From NCBI GenBank assembly GCA_002633005.1, contig NMRA01000053.1:444131-508130 (forward strand): a stretch of DNA of 64,000 nt, given 5' to 3'. Below are positions 1 through 12,644 of this stretch, piece by piece. This DNA is from Phoronis australis. Lineage: Eukaryota; Animalia; Phoronida. Made by a program: the position numbers and the translations under genes. Below the pieces are notes generated by a model, which did no database searches, had not been told where the DNA came from, and worked only from the letters and a program-made list of their open reading frames with translations. Within the stretch, counting starts at the first letter, position 1. Each line of letters opens with the position of its first letter.

Positions 1-960
1 GTAAACCCAAGACACTTACAAAGCACTTCTTGTAAAAAATCTTCGCTTATGGAACCAAAGCAAAGAATTCTATCCCTTAATTGATACCCCAACCTCACTG
101 ACCAATCACTTTAGTGCTTGGGTATGTTAGTAATGTCTGGTGCACACTTGACATAAACTCGCCCTTCACTCGCCTGATTTTTTGAGTGGTCTTGATTTTT
201 TCGCAATTCTTGCATCAACGTAACACACCTGTGACTCCATTTATTTACCTATAAAAAGCAACCAATGAAAAAAATTTCGAGGAACAGCACGCTTTTGATC
301 CTTCATGCTGTCGCTGAGTTCGGTATAAACAAATACAGTGCTGCCTCCTCTCCACTTTCTGTCCAGATGTGAACTCAAGAAATGCTAGTTAAAGCTGCTT
401 TCCGTTCAAAAAGTCAACTTTTGATTTGGACCTCTTTCCACTGAAAATTGGGCTCAACTTGTTAATTACTCAGATGGGGACTGTTTTTTTTTTTGGTTAG
501 CAAAGAACTGACAGTTAGTTTATCCTGGACACCATGCTTACTTAGAGCTTAAAATGACACACCCTGACTGTGTCAACTTGCAGAGCCTGATCTCAAGCAC
601 TAACAAACTGTTAGTTCTTTCAACACCCTGAAATAAACTACAATTTGAATAAGGTACAATTTGAGACCAACTTCCCCAGGGTAAGTGGAGTAAATAAACA
701 ACTGTTATTTGTGATGGAAGTTGGGTTTATAACCACTTTAAACGAGATGGAAAAGTTTCCTGGCCATGATAGCACTGGATTCAACCTTCAGGTGACAGAC
801 AACCTGCCACTGAAATGAACAAGTCAAATTTTTGAAGGACTGACTGACCTCAGGTATGATATTCAGAAGCGTTATTGACTGGAAAATTATAGTTTTTTGT
901 GGCCCACAAACGTAATAACTGCTTGGCAAGAAAAACTTATGAGACGGAATGCAGTTTTAA

Positions 961-1133
961 CTATTCCGTCAACGCATGAGAGGTTCTCATATGATGAGTC
1001 AAATTGTCCCTCCGCTTATATGCCTTTGAGCACACGGAACACTTGTGCCGAACGCCGAAATGTTTCTCTTTGATATGGCGTACAACGTCCCTTTTCCAGA
1101 TGTATGGGCTCCAACAAATGCCACACGAAAATC
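961..1133 (-). CDS. Alternative 3'-terminal exon ZF-1, two C2H2 zinc fingers
   Basis: Acceptor ttctttattctag|GA TTT (phase 1); (G)FSCGICWSPYIWKRDVVRHIKEKHFGVRHKCSVCSKAYKRRDNLTHHMRTSHALTE*; two CxxC-x12-HxxxxH fingers then stop; the ORF-track start lies in the polypyrimidine tract. Confidence 0.88.
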
Positions 1134-4100
1134 CTAGAATAAAGAACACCTATGAAAAATGTGCGATGATGATCACTAGCTTTTTCACTTTCCAACTCCA
1201 TTTTAGTTAATGTAATTCTTCACTTTTTTGCACGAAATTAATTAAATATATTTTTCCGAGAGTCGGGGTGCGCCAAGTGAACGCAGACTTCGCAGTGGAC
1301 AGGTGTAGAAAATTGACCAAGCATCGCCACCTGCACGTGTGTTAATTTAACGAAATATATATGATCCTAAGTATATTAGCGACACCTTTAATCCAGGCCA
1401 CCCCTTTCACCAGCATGAGATATACCGCATAAATGGATGAATTAAGTGGTGAATATACAATGTTCAGACTATAAACATCACAGTATGGTATTATGATGTC
1501 TATGGTTCAGACCTTTGTTGACATAGTAAAAAATATGTGTATGTAATTAATGACATGGCTTTGCATTGACATTTTTCAAAGGGGAAAAACTGACTGCGTG
1601 TTTATTAGGTCAGGAACGAAATTCTCACCAGGTAAATGAGGGATAAAAACACTTTTCAAAATAATTTTTGGTAGGCGAAATAAGAAATAAAATCTGGACT
1701 TCCGGAGAGGTAAGTCATTGGATACTGTCACAATCAGTAATGTTATCTGTTGAAAAAATTCACCTAAGTTATCACTATGCATGTGTACCCGACTAACCTA
1801 AGATCCCAGGCTGAGCTATTCAGAATTCATAGAGGTTAATAAAACAATTATCATCTCCAGCAGGACCATAAACCCTTTGATAAGCTGTACTTATTTACAC
1901 AGTCCAATTGGAGAACTCATGACTAGGGGCAGGTTCACAAGAACTACTTTCACTGACCTTGCAATTGTCATGTTCAAAAGTCCCATTGTGAGTTAAGGAC
2001 ACTTATGATTTACAAGCATTTGCAATATTCTAAACTACTATTCCAACTTGCTACCCCCTCCAAGACCAAACTCTAATGTTTAAGACCTTTTCTACTGATG
2101 TTGCACATGGATCTGTGGAAAGTAGTAAACTCAATGTTACAATAAATAATGAAGATTCGGTGCTTTTGAAAGAATTTCATCCATGAGTGATTTTTCACTT
2201 TTGTTGCCCGTTGACAACACTGATTTTTGAAACACTGTTGCTTGATTTAAGCAACTGTATAAATTTTCTTGATAGCATTAGTTTCGTTAGTTGTCAACAA
2301 GCTCTTTAAAAAAGCCTGATTTACCATTAGCGTAGACTAAATGTTTAATAGCAGCAACATTGATCTCATCAAGTTATCATTGCACATTTATTTTTCTCAC
2401 ATGACCTGGAATGTGTTACGACACGACTGGTTAATAACATCGAGTACATAATTTTTGTGATATTACATGGGCGAATCTATCACAAAGTAGTGCAAATAAG
2501 AAATCTATACGCCTTACATTATATTATTTGCAAAGCAGTAATGCCAACAACCAAACAATGCCAGAATTTCGAGGTGACACGGTTATGATTGAAAAATCGG
2601 GTGTCGCAACTGTACACACTCCCATTCGAAAGAACATGCAAACAACTTCTTAAACGGACTCATCTTCGGCCGTGAATTCCATATTCACGTTCATTCAAAT
2701 GGAGGCGAATCCCAACTCAAGAAACTTCACCGTGAGACTGACTAGATGTGCTGTTAATTCAGTGGTCATGCGGGTATTCGGGGATCCCCTGCTGACTGTG
2801 TTATTTATAAACATAGTTATTTATAACATTTTTAAGTTTTAATGTTAAAACTTCAAAGAGTATTGATTAGATTCTAACTTGAAAGGTTGTTTCAAAAGCT
2901 AAACGCAATTTACAATTGCTAAGTTTAAAATGAAATTATTAACAAAAAGTAACTGTCTGTTTATATTTTGAATTGTGTGTTTTTACAAAAGTTACTTCAA
3001 GTGATTGAAAGTTTTAGGCACGTTGAGTTTTCCGGCAGACATGAAATTCCCCAAGACATTTTGCCCATGTCATAAACCAGAGACAAGTGTAGGATTCTCT
3101 ATAAAAGCCCTGAATAATTACAACATGAATTTCTAAGCCTTGAACGTTTTTACAGAAAAATGTACTAGACACTTCAAACCCAAAAGACTTGTCACAATGC
3201 ACGAAAAACTTCGTAAACACAAATTCTAGCGTAGAGCAGTCAGGAATAAAGGCCCTTTCATACTGACTTAGCTAGGGTAGATGTAAACTTCGAAGTTAAT
3301 GAACCGATCATTCTGACTTCAATAGTTAACGGACATTGAAGTAAACAGCAACTGATGTTGATGTCAGCGAAGTAATCACAAATTAGCGCTGATGCATCCT
3401 GTACACGCTAAGGTTTTTTAAAATTGACAATTTGGGGACATTTAGATTGTGCTAACTGACATGAAACGTATTTCTAATTTGATAGGGTTATTTGAGCAAA
3501 ATATAAGCAATTATTCACGACGATGCTGCCCCTTTCTTGTTGACGATAACAGTGGTTCCTGGCAATAACTTCGATGAGATGGAAGTTGACCATTCATACT
3601 GCATCACAGTATCAATGCTCCGCTGTTAAATCCACCTGTTTACCGCAAAGTTAACTGGCGCTGTTAACTTTCGATTCAGAACTAAAATTAACTGTTCTTA
3701 CTGACCGCAACTCCCTAAAACATCGAAGCATCGACATTCAGGCCCTTTCATACGAATGTCAATGCTTCGATGTCGATTCTTAAAAGAGCGAGAGAGATGC
3801 GCAAGAAATGTATATTCATCAACATAGAAATTAGTGACGCTTATGGTTAAAAAATAACCAGAACTACACATCAACTGCGGTAATCAACTTACCATAAATC
3901 CAAGCAGAAATGTCAACTTTAAACTAAGTTATACTGACCACTGTTTAGGTCATATCACTATTACATTATTACATGTGCACCATCAGACATCATGTTTTAT
4001 AAAATGGCAAACCTTGAATGATTTGAAATAATTTTGCAATCCTCTCATAAATGGTGACGTAAACACTTCTTGTTTTCATCATATAGAGTGGAACTCGTAG

Positions 4101-5486
4101 GTATTATCTTTTTCACTTAGCAAATTGCTTTATTCGTTTTTTATCTGACTTTGAAGTTGGCCATATTTGGTCTGCCAATATAGCACTCAACGATACTGTG
4201 ACCATTTGCAGCTCAAATGAATAACTCATTCTAGTACAAACAAGTTACATTGTTGTTGAAGCTGTTACACCTTGTTATATACATGAACAACACTTAATTT
4301 ACATCAGGAACAGAAGTGTAGTCATGTTAAGACTCACAGGACGCCGTCCCCCAACTTTTTACCACTGGGCAGCAATTCCCGTCAGCAAAATTCTATTTTT
4401 CAGCCAAATTGCAGTAATTTTCGCCTTGTTTCATGTCTAGTGTATCTTGCCCCAGTACTAAGTACTTTGGTTATTTGGTTCTACACACAGCATCACCCCT
4501 GGTGTTTTTCACTTGAATTAGACCTCTGATCAGGACATCAAGTCCTTAAAAATGACCAGCTATGGAGAGTTGAACTGCTTTCAAACTACAATTGTTCAAT
4601 GTTTAACCTATTATATGAATTGTGTAAATGTGGATTAAAACTTAGGACCAAGAAGATCAGTTTCTTTTTCCACCAATTCATGTCCACTTTGCCAACGAAT
4701 TAGTAAATTCAAAAACACCTAATTTTTCGTTAGTTCAAATCTAATTTATTGTTCCTTATTGTTTGACTGATTCACAGCAACAAAGTAGCCACAAAGCAGT
4801 CCTTGCTGTTATAACCTATGACCCCTACAGGAAATCATCACCAACAGGATACAATGCCACTGACACAGAAAATATTGACTTCCATTTCTTCATAAAAGAT
4901 AAGCAGAGTAACACTTAATTAATACTTTACTGTTTAGTCTTATAACATAAATAACACCTGACACTATTTTGAAATACTGTGAGTGCACACATTGTTAAAA
5001 GCCTTAAAAATTCAAAGCTGGATTACACTAAAGTTTAACTGTCAATATTCAATTCTTCGCGGACCGCTTTGTTATTTAAAAAATTCCCTTGCTCACGTTA
5101 TTTTGAATTGTTGCCAAATGAACCTGCAACTCAAGTCAGAGGCAATGCAAACATGCAGCACTTTCGAATTCTTGTTGGTAATGAATTTAGAATTCCACCA
5201 AGGTAAGGAATTTGCAGCTTTAAAAAAGGGCAAATTTTTCATTTAATTTTGACCAAATGTTTGAGACTTTACCAAGAGATGTTGAGGCAGTCAAAATTGA
5301 ACAATCTATTTCAATGTGTAAATTATTTTTAATCAGGGCATGGACAGGATTAATGTCTTGCAATCGCTAGTAACCTGGTTGAGGTTAATTTGCATTTTAG
5401 GCAGCGAGTATGACGGGTCTGGAAATGTCCCTTTACGAAAAAGCAATTAAATTCACCAAATCAAAAAAGTTCTGGCAGTGTCTGCG

Positions 5487-5662
5487 TTATTCCATTATAG
5501 AGTTGTGACACTTCAGAAGGTGAACTTTAATAGTGTATCCGTGGGCAAATGTCTTCGGACACATGGGACATTTGTGGCGAATGCCGAAATGGTTACTCCT
5601 GATATGGCGAAGAAGGTCCTTTCTCCAGGCGTAAGAGTTTCCACAAATGCCACATTCAAAGC
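5487..5662 (-). CDS. Alternative 3'-terminal exon ZF-2, two C2H2 zinc fingers
   Basis: Acceptor ttttttgttttag|GC TTT (phase 1); (G)FECGICGNSYAWRKDLLRHIRSNHFGIRHKCPMCPKTFAHGYTIKVHLLKCHNSIME*; hand-translated, not in ORF track. Confidence 0.88.
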
Positions 5663-7633
5663 CTAAAACAAAAAATATTTATGACAATTCTGTGGTTTCC
5701 AAATTTTATCCGAGACCATTGAAATGTTACTAGTAGCAGTTTGCCACAGTGACCCACTCGGCGGAATGACAAAACAGCCCAGAGTCAGAAATAAAAAACA
5801 AACGAGTAAAAAACAAAGACTTTTATTTGTAAAATCATGTTGAGCACCATAACAATAGCTGTAAAAACATCTAACAGCATACACAGTTTGTCACTTGTTA
5901 CCCTTCTTCCTCAGTTATTTACGGGTCCTTCACAGAGTCTCCATAAGCTTTCATTTGCATTAACTGTATTTTTTGTCTCAATGTGAATAAAGTGTATTAC
6001 TACGAATACTCATTTCTCTAGTCCTGGGGCCTATTTCATGAAAAATGACTTAAGGTTTAATTCGAAAATTTCGTCTCTTGCTGCACAAATCGGATGTTCC
6101 TAATAACAGATTCGTTTCATTTTAGCAAAGTACAAGGTCTCTCAGAATATACACATCAACGCGAATTAATCAGATACCCTGTATGGAGTGCAGTTAAACT
6201 GCAATGCGCCTACAATGTCATTGTGAAAACTTTACTCAGTAATATCAAAGTGGGAGCCTTAAGACAAAATATCTTTTCTTGAAACCGACTTTTTCCCGTG
6301 TTGCAACCATACACAAGGAGTTGATACAGTGTATATCCTACCATTTTAAAAACCCAAATAGTGCTGTGTCATAAACACAACAAAAATGAAAGCCATTTGA
6401 GGATTGATACTTGCCGAAATTTACAAACTTAGAACTACAGTTTGACAACAAATGCAAGAACACTAATGAATGGGACAGCACCCAAAATACCGCCGATGAC
6501 AACAGTGATGAAAGCGTAAGCAACTCAATGACGCTGACAAAGAATGCAAAGAGACAAAACTGCCAATGACATCAAGGCAATTGAAAATCTTGAGTAACTC
6601 AAGAACAGTAAATTGTAGCCAATAACAGATTGTGCATTTCCGATAACTCTTGATGCTCAGGTCTATATACATACGGAATTTCAAAAGCATCCCTCACAAG
6701 ACTGCTGAGCTGGAGCTCCATGAATTGCAAATTTGAAAATGGTTGTCACAGCGCCATCTTTGGTCTGCATTTCGCGCAAAAGCTCTTTACAAGATACATG
6801 TTGTGCATAAATCTCATGTCGATCGGACATAAGAAGCAATCTGCAGCATGCGTAAAAACAAACAAAATTCATGACAGAGCAACATACTTAAAGGAAAAAC
6901 TTCATTTCACCAAGTAATTATCGAACAGAGTAATTTAAAATAAAGTTCTCAAAGATCATCACTTTTAAACGTGACAAATACACAATAAAACATAGCTGAT
7001 ATAGGCGTAGCTTCATAAACACGTGCATGGGCCTAATTACGCACATATATGTACCGAAGCACATAAGTGATCCACGTCAATGAAATAGTATGATACTAAC
7101 AAGCAGTAGGTCAGTAAAAGCATGGTTTGTGTAAACTCTAAATCAGTGATTAGGCAGTGGAAAACTAAAACTCTAGTTACAAAGACGAACTAATCGTTTT
7201 TCCAGGACACACCAAACTGAAAGGCTATCTGTGGTTGGTTGCGCATTACCCAAAAGTTGGATAAGTTGGATACGAGACATTATCTAACCTGAGAATTACT
7301 AAAGCTTCAGTCCCATATCACCTATAGCCATGTCACAAATTCAACTCAACATTAGGGAGGCAGAAAATGGTGTTGAATGGTTTATCCAGCTGTTGTTAAG
7401 TTAGGCCAGATACACTTGGCTGCACATAGCCTATCAAATTACATGGCGATGACATTGCAACCAACATAGTAAAAAATGTTTTGACATTAGAATGACCAAG
7501 TGTTAGATGATTTTGATAAACAACAATTATCAAGGCAGCAGAGGACAACAGCAGGATAAGTGCCCAGCTGATACAAAGCTTTATGGGTAAATACCACAAA
7601 ATTAGAATGGTGCTGTGACATTTCGGGATGTGG

Positions 7634-7797
7634 TTATGTATGCATGTTTTGCATATGTATTCTGAGACTGTACTTCTGATTAAATGTCGAAGAACACAAG
7701 TGACAATTGTAGCGAATGCCCAAGTGATTAGCTTTGATATGGCGATGGATTCCAATTCTCCAGTTGTAGTTCTTTCCGCAAATACCACAAGAAAACC
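7634..7797 (-). CDS. Alternative 3'-terminal exon ZF-3, two C2H2 zinc fingers
   Basis: Acceptor ctttttgttctag|GG TTT (phase 1); (G)FSCGICGKNYNWRIGIHRHIKANHLGIRYNCHLCSSTFNQKYSLRIHMQNMHT*. Confidence 0.88.
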
Positions 7798-9075
7798 CTA
7801 GAACAAAAAGTAATCATGACTAGTCTGCTGTGAGGCTGAAAATTACCCTAGTGTGTCTGAGACATGGCTAATGTAGAAATGTCAGCGTGATTAGCTATAA
7901 AACAAGTAGTATTAGACAGGCTATATGCCAAGTTTAAAGAATTGGCAAAATTCGAACTAGTTAAAACAGAGAAATCCCATACCTGGTCAATAAAGTTTTA
8001 TAGGTTCTGCAGATGTGCTTAATGTAATATGCCTGGGGAAATGTTTCTTTCAATTTGACAAAACAGCTTTGATGAACAAGAAAACATCAATTACAGTAAA
8101 AAAAACTTCAATCTTATACACCGTACTCCTCTGAAACAGTCCCTTGTTTTAACAAAATTCTCAACAAAATAAATTTCAACTTTATCCCATTTTTTAATGT
8201 TCGCTTGTTATCAAGCAACATTTGGTAAAACCGACCTCTTGTCATAATGTACCTGCATTAAGCTTATGGAAAATCAAAAAAACAATTTCAGCAATTGTAT
8301 AAGAAATATTCTTTAGTTAAAAGTGTTTAGGGCAAGTATAACATGTCACTATAGACCAAGCAGAACCAAATCTTAGTATAGCTAAGCTTTCAAGTCTGCC
8401 GGACTCCTGCTCGAAGGAGTTGGCGAAGCTGCTTGGAATTTAGGTTTTCGCTTAGGCGAACCCTGAAATATGATTTCAGACTCTCTCTCCATCACAAGAG
8501 AACAAGGGATCCATACATATCCCAGCACTGTGATACTAAAATTAAAGCCAACGGTGGTTACTGCAGAAACCATAGAAAATTTAGTTCATAGACATTATGT
8601 GGAATAATTCCAAATTCAAGGTAAAACAAGATTTTCACAAGTAAAAGCTGAAGACCACATTCTAAGCCTGAAATGCTCAATGATACCTTGCTAAGGCGTG
8701 TGAAATGAAGGTCAAGATGGACTCGAAAGCTTGGCTCCTCACTAAAACTATGGTTGCTATCGAAATAGGAGACTGACCTCACGTCATATCAGAATATCAG
8801 TGTCAGATAATGAACCTTCCTACCACCTTTATGACAAGTATTATCACAAGTACATGCCACTGTACAGTGAGCCCCGCTCTGACTGAGGTATTTACATGCA
8901 ATACTGGTGTAAGGAAGGCACTGACATCATAGCTTATTACAAGAGTACTTTACATCGAAATTTGTTAATCCTTTATTTTAATGCCAATAACATTTTGCTG
9001 TTATACAGTGAGTTGCAGCGGTGATACCTGAATGTGTCGTGACCTAATGAAACTGTTACTTGTGTGGCGGCTTAA

Positions 9076-9511
9076 GCGCTGTTTACACTTCAAAAGTTGA
9101 CACAGATCAGCTGACATGGAACGACATGTTCCAGTGTGTAAATGGGACCGACACGGAGCAAACTGAAACCGCGGTGACAAATTTTGCCACCCGTTTGTGA
9201 GGTAGACTCTACCGTAGAGCAATTTGCGCACGAACATCTTGCTCCGTGTCAATTATAAGTCTAAACGCGAAACTGGGGCAAGGTGGAAAGGATCATCTCT
9301 ACTGCGCTTGCCTAATGACCTACGTATGGGTTCTTTGTCTCTGCAACTCTCGTCATTTGTAAACCTGCGCATGTACGATCCAGTCTCTCCAGCTGCAACT
9401 TCCGTCTTGCCACAGTTAGTGAGTTGTGTGTGTAAACAGGCGCTTGACACGGGTCAATTTGCTCCGTGTCAGTTGCGCCAGGCGGGCCAAATGTTGATGT
9501 CTAAACGGGAC
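9076..9511. mobile_element. Degenerate PIF/Harbinger-like non-autonomous element
   Basis: Imperfect termini gcgctgtttacac ... gtctaaacgggac, left end preceded by taa; internal motif ttgctccgtgtc recurs in both orientations (~9150, ~9240, ~9460). Confidence 0.4.
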
Positions 9512-9643
9512 TATAGAAGGGTGTCAGCCAATTAACCTTTCGAGATACGTTCAATTATTCACTGCATTATTACCTCCACACAAAAGAGTTGAATTCGGGA
9601 TATGGCTAAGGAAGCAACAAGTTACAGCTTCTCATTACATCTA

Positions 9644-9804
9644 TCAATGCAACTTCTGTAGATGGGTTCTGAGACTAGACGTCTGGTTAAATGTCTTAGA
9701 ACACAAGTGACATTTGTAGCGAATGCCCAAGTGATTAGCTGTGATGTGGCGGTGTATACAGAATTTCCTGCTGTAGTTCTTTCCACAAATACCACAAGAA
9801 AACC
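9644..9804 (-). CDS. Alternative 3'-terminal exon ZF-4, two C2H2 zinc fingers
   Basis: Acceptor ttctttgttctag|GG TTT (phase 1); (G)FSCGICGKNYSRKFCIHRHITANHLGIRYKCHLCSKTFNQTSSLRTHLQKLH*. Confidence 0.88.
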
Positions 9805-10863
9805 CTAGAACAAAGAACAATTATGACAAATCTATTGCGAAATTATAGCCTAGAGCCTGCGAGATATGGCTGAGGTTAAAGTGTAGGGTGTCCAAAAGTG
9901 AAAAATTTAAAGTCACAAGACTAGAGAACATGTAGCTATCTCCATCTGGTGTTTCAATAGGGAACCACTCTATTCATAAACTGCAAGCAACCGTATTGAT
10001 TTCAGCTAATTCATTTGCTCAATTTTTTAACTTTGGCAGAAGGAACATGTCATCCTAGGCTTCATTGACAAAAATATGTGCAAATAGCTCTCATGCACTA
10101 GCAGTCAGTTTCCAATGACTGCTCAGTCACATGACCTTCGCAGTTAACAATTAGAGACCAACAGGTCACACCACATATTACCCTAAACTAAAGCCTCCTA
10201 AACCAACTTGACTCTCAATTCAGGTGAGCAAACACACTGCACATTTAACACTATGTACGTTTAAATGTAGTTTAATTTCTAATTTGAAGCTGTTTTTTTT
10301 CAAATTAACACATTTTTCGAAAATTAATCAAGAGTATCATTATGCGTGTTACTTTACAAGGGTTTAAAGGGAAACAATTCCGTTTGTTGATGTTCCATGA
10401 CAATAACTGGGACATTCTACTGTCTGGTATGACAATAAGTGGGCTCTACCAAGAGACGAATAATGCCATACCAGTAGGTGGATACCCACGGAGATCTGGA
10501 CACCAACGTCACCAAGGAAAAGACAACTGATTTACACTTTTAGCTGCTATTTTGATTATGAATGAACCTTGTAGGTTTACAAAAATAAATTCTACCTAAT
10601 GCAGTAGCGACATACTTCACCATCATCAGTTCTGAAAGCTGACTTCAAGTTGTATACTATAACTCAACATTGTCAGCATACAATAAATCAAGCGTAACAT
10701 GTTTGAAAAATACAAATGTTTATTTTTCAAGATAAATTTTTAAACAAAGTTAAACTGTTGAAACAAATGTTATTCCATCAGCTACAAACTATGCAAAAAT
10801 ATATGTAGTATCAAAATTAAAACTAGGGCGAAATCTTCAGCCGCCAAAAACTAGTGCATAAGT

Positions 10864-11012
10864 TTATCTAAGTTCTACAGAATGTGGTTTATATAAAGTC
10901 TGGGAAAATGTGATAGAACATAATGTGAAACATTTCATTTTGTATACCCAAGTGAATGGCTGAGAATAGCAATTCTCCAGTGGCAGTCCTTTCCACAAAT
11001 ACCATAAAACCC
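10864..11012 (-). pseudogene. Decayed zinc-finger exon copy (ZF-psi)
   Basis: Nucleotide-level paralogue of ZF-3/4/5/6 (ggtatttgtggaaag, tggagaatt, cacttgggt, acattttcccagac); acceptor changed to gttcgag; frameshifts and deletion of the RHIKAN segment. Confidence 0.7.
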
Positions 11013-12483
11013 CTCGAACAAACAACAATAGACCTGCGAAACACCAGGCCAAGTGGAAATTTGTATTTTGTTCCACTTCTCTATACATCATGGTGCTTCT
11101 GTTACTGCGAAGCAGGCGAGCATTCCATAAAGACAAGATCACGCAAGACTGCGTAAAATATCTCAATGTGTCACAAGCAAAACACATGATCATACCATCT
11201 TCCTTTGTGAAGATCCTGTGTCCATGGAACTCGGCTCAGGAATTCTCCTGAGGTTTGTAGGACCTCATGACAGTTTTCTAGTGCATGGCTATAGACCTCA
11301 TGCAAGGTAAAAAATTCCAATTTTGGGACAAAAATAATTGCTAAATTGCTACATTTCTGTTTTTAGAAACTTACCACCCACGATATTGCAAATGCTCAAA
11401 ATTTCACCAAATGTTGCCGTACAAATGCTGAACACAAACTAAATTGTCCTTAAGTTATTTTGTTGAGAAATTTGACAAAATGAAATTTAATCTGCCCGCC
11501 ATATTGTGTACCAAACTAAAGATATTTTCCACACCCAACACTTGACCCATTTCCCATGCTCCATTGGGACACTCCTGAAGAAGACCACTGCGGACAAGTT
11601 GAGCCCTGATATGTCCAATGAGGTCGAGAATGGCAGGGCATGGTGCAATAACGGTATATCCATCTACAGTGTTTGCCACAGATTGTGGTTATGTGCCATT
11701 TGAGGCACCTCAAAGACGACACATTTGGAGTTCACAACTGCATCACTTAGGATGTAATTTTGACGAGACGTTGTAAAAAATAAAACCAAGTATATTAAAA
11801 TTACTGAGTTTCATTTCTTGGTAATCTTCCTTATTTTCAATTGATCAAGTCAGATTTGCCTCAGTTTTCCAACATACCATGTGCATCATTCTAGTTTAAT
11901 AGATAATTCACAGACTATTATGAATGAACTCCAAGAAAGTATAATGGACACAAACAAATTTGAAAGGTGGGATCATGGTACCCCACTTGGAAGACAGTAT
12001 GGGTTGAACAATGGCCCGGGTGGCTAACACCCCTGTCCTTTCAGTACATAATCACTGTTCACTCAAACACTGCTGATTGACAACAATACTCTGGTCTTCA
12101 TGCATAGGGGGTTGTACATGACAGGAAAGTCAAACTACCTTTACTAGGCTAAGTAACTAGCTTAACTATAAAGGTTAGTGAACATTCATGCCACATTTTA
12201 CGGCCATTTTCACTGCTACAATAAAATCTGACCAATTTAGGACAAAGTATGGTGGCCAAGTAAAATGAACATGTTTTTTTCAAGTAAGATAATATCAAAT
12301 AAAGATTCTTTATTATTTTTTAAATTCTTCATCAGAAAATGCTTTGACTTAATGGTGAGCACTCACAAAACTGTAAGACGTCTTTAAAAACTGTACAAAG
12401 TTCATTACTGGCAACCACTATTGACCAAATTAGGAAAGATTTTACTGCGGACAGTCACTAAAGCTTCAGCCTCACAACACTAA

Positions 12484-12644
12484 TTAATGCATGGTCTGCA
12501 GATGGGTTCTGAGGCTAGACGTCTGGTTGAATGTGTTGGGACACAAGTGGCACTCATAGCGAATACCCAAGTGATTAGCTTTGATGTGGCGTTGGACACT
12601 GATTCTCCAGTTGTAGGTCTTTCCACACATACCACAGAAAAACC
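12484..12644 (-). CDS. Alternative 3'-terminal exon ZF-5, two C2H2 zinc fingers
   Basis: Acceptor ttttttgttctag|GG TTT (phase 1); (G)FFCGMCGKTYNWRISVQRHIKANHLGIRYECHLCPNTFNQTSSLRTHLQTMH*. Confidence 0.88.

Noticed and set aside
7396-7788. 130-aa minus-strand ORF, and plus-strand ORFs 1004, 5478 and 17817
   Set aside because: Off-frame or antisense shadows of ZF exons; the real frame carries the C2H2 motifs.
9001-9535. Three overlapping Cys-rich ORFs
   Set aside because: They fall on a repeat-structured transposon-like element; no domain pattern.
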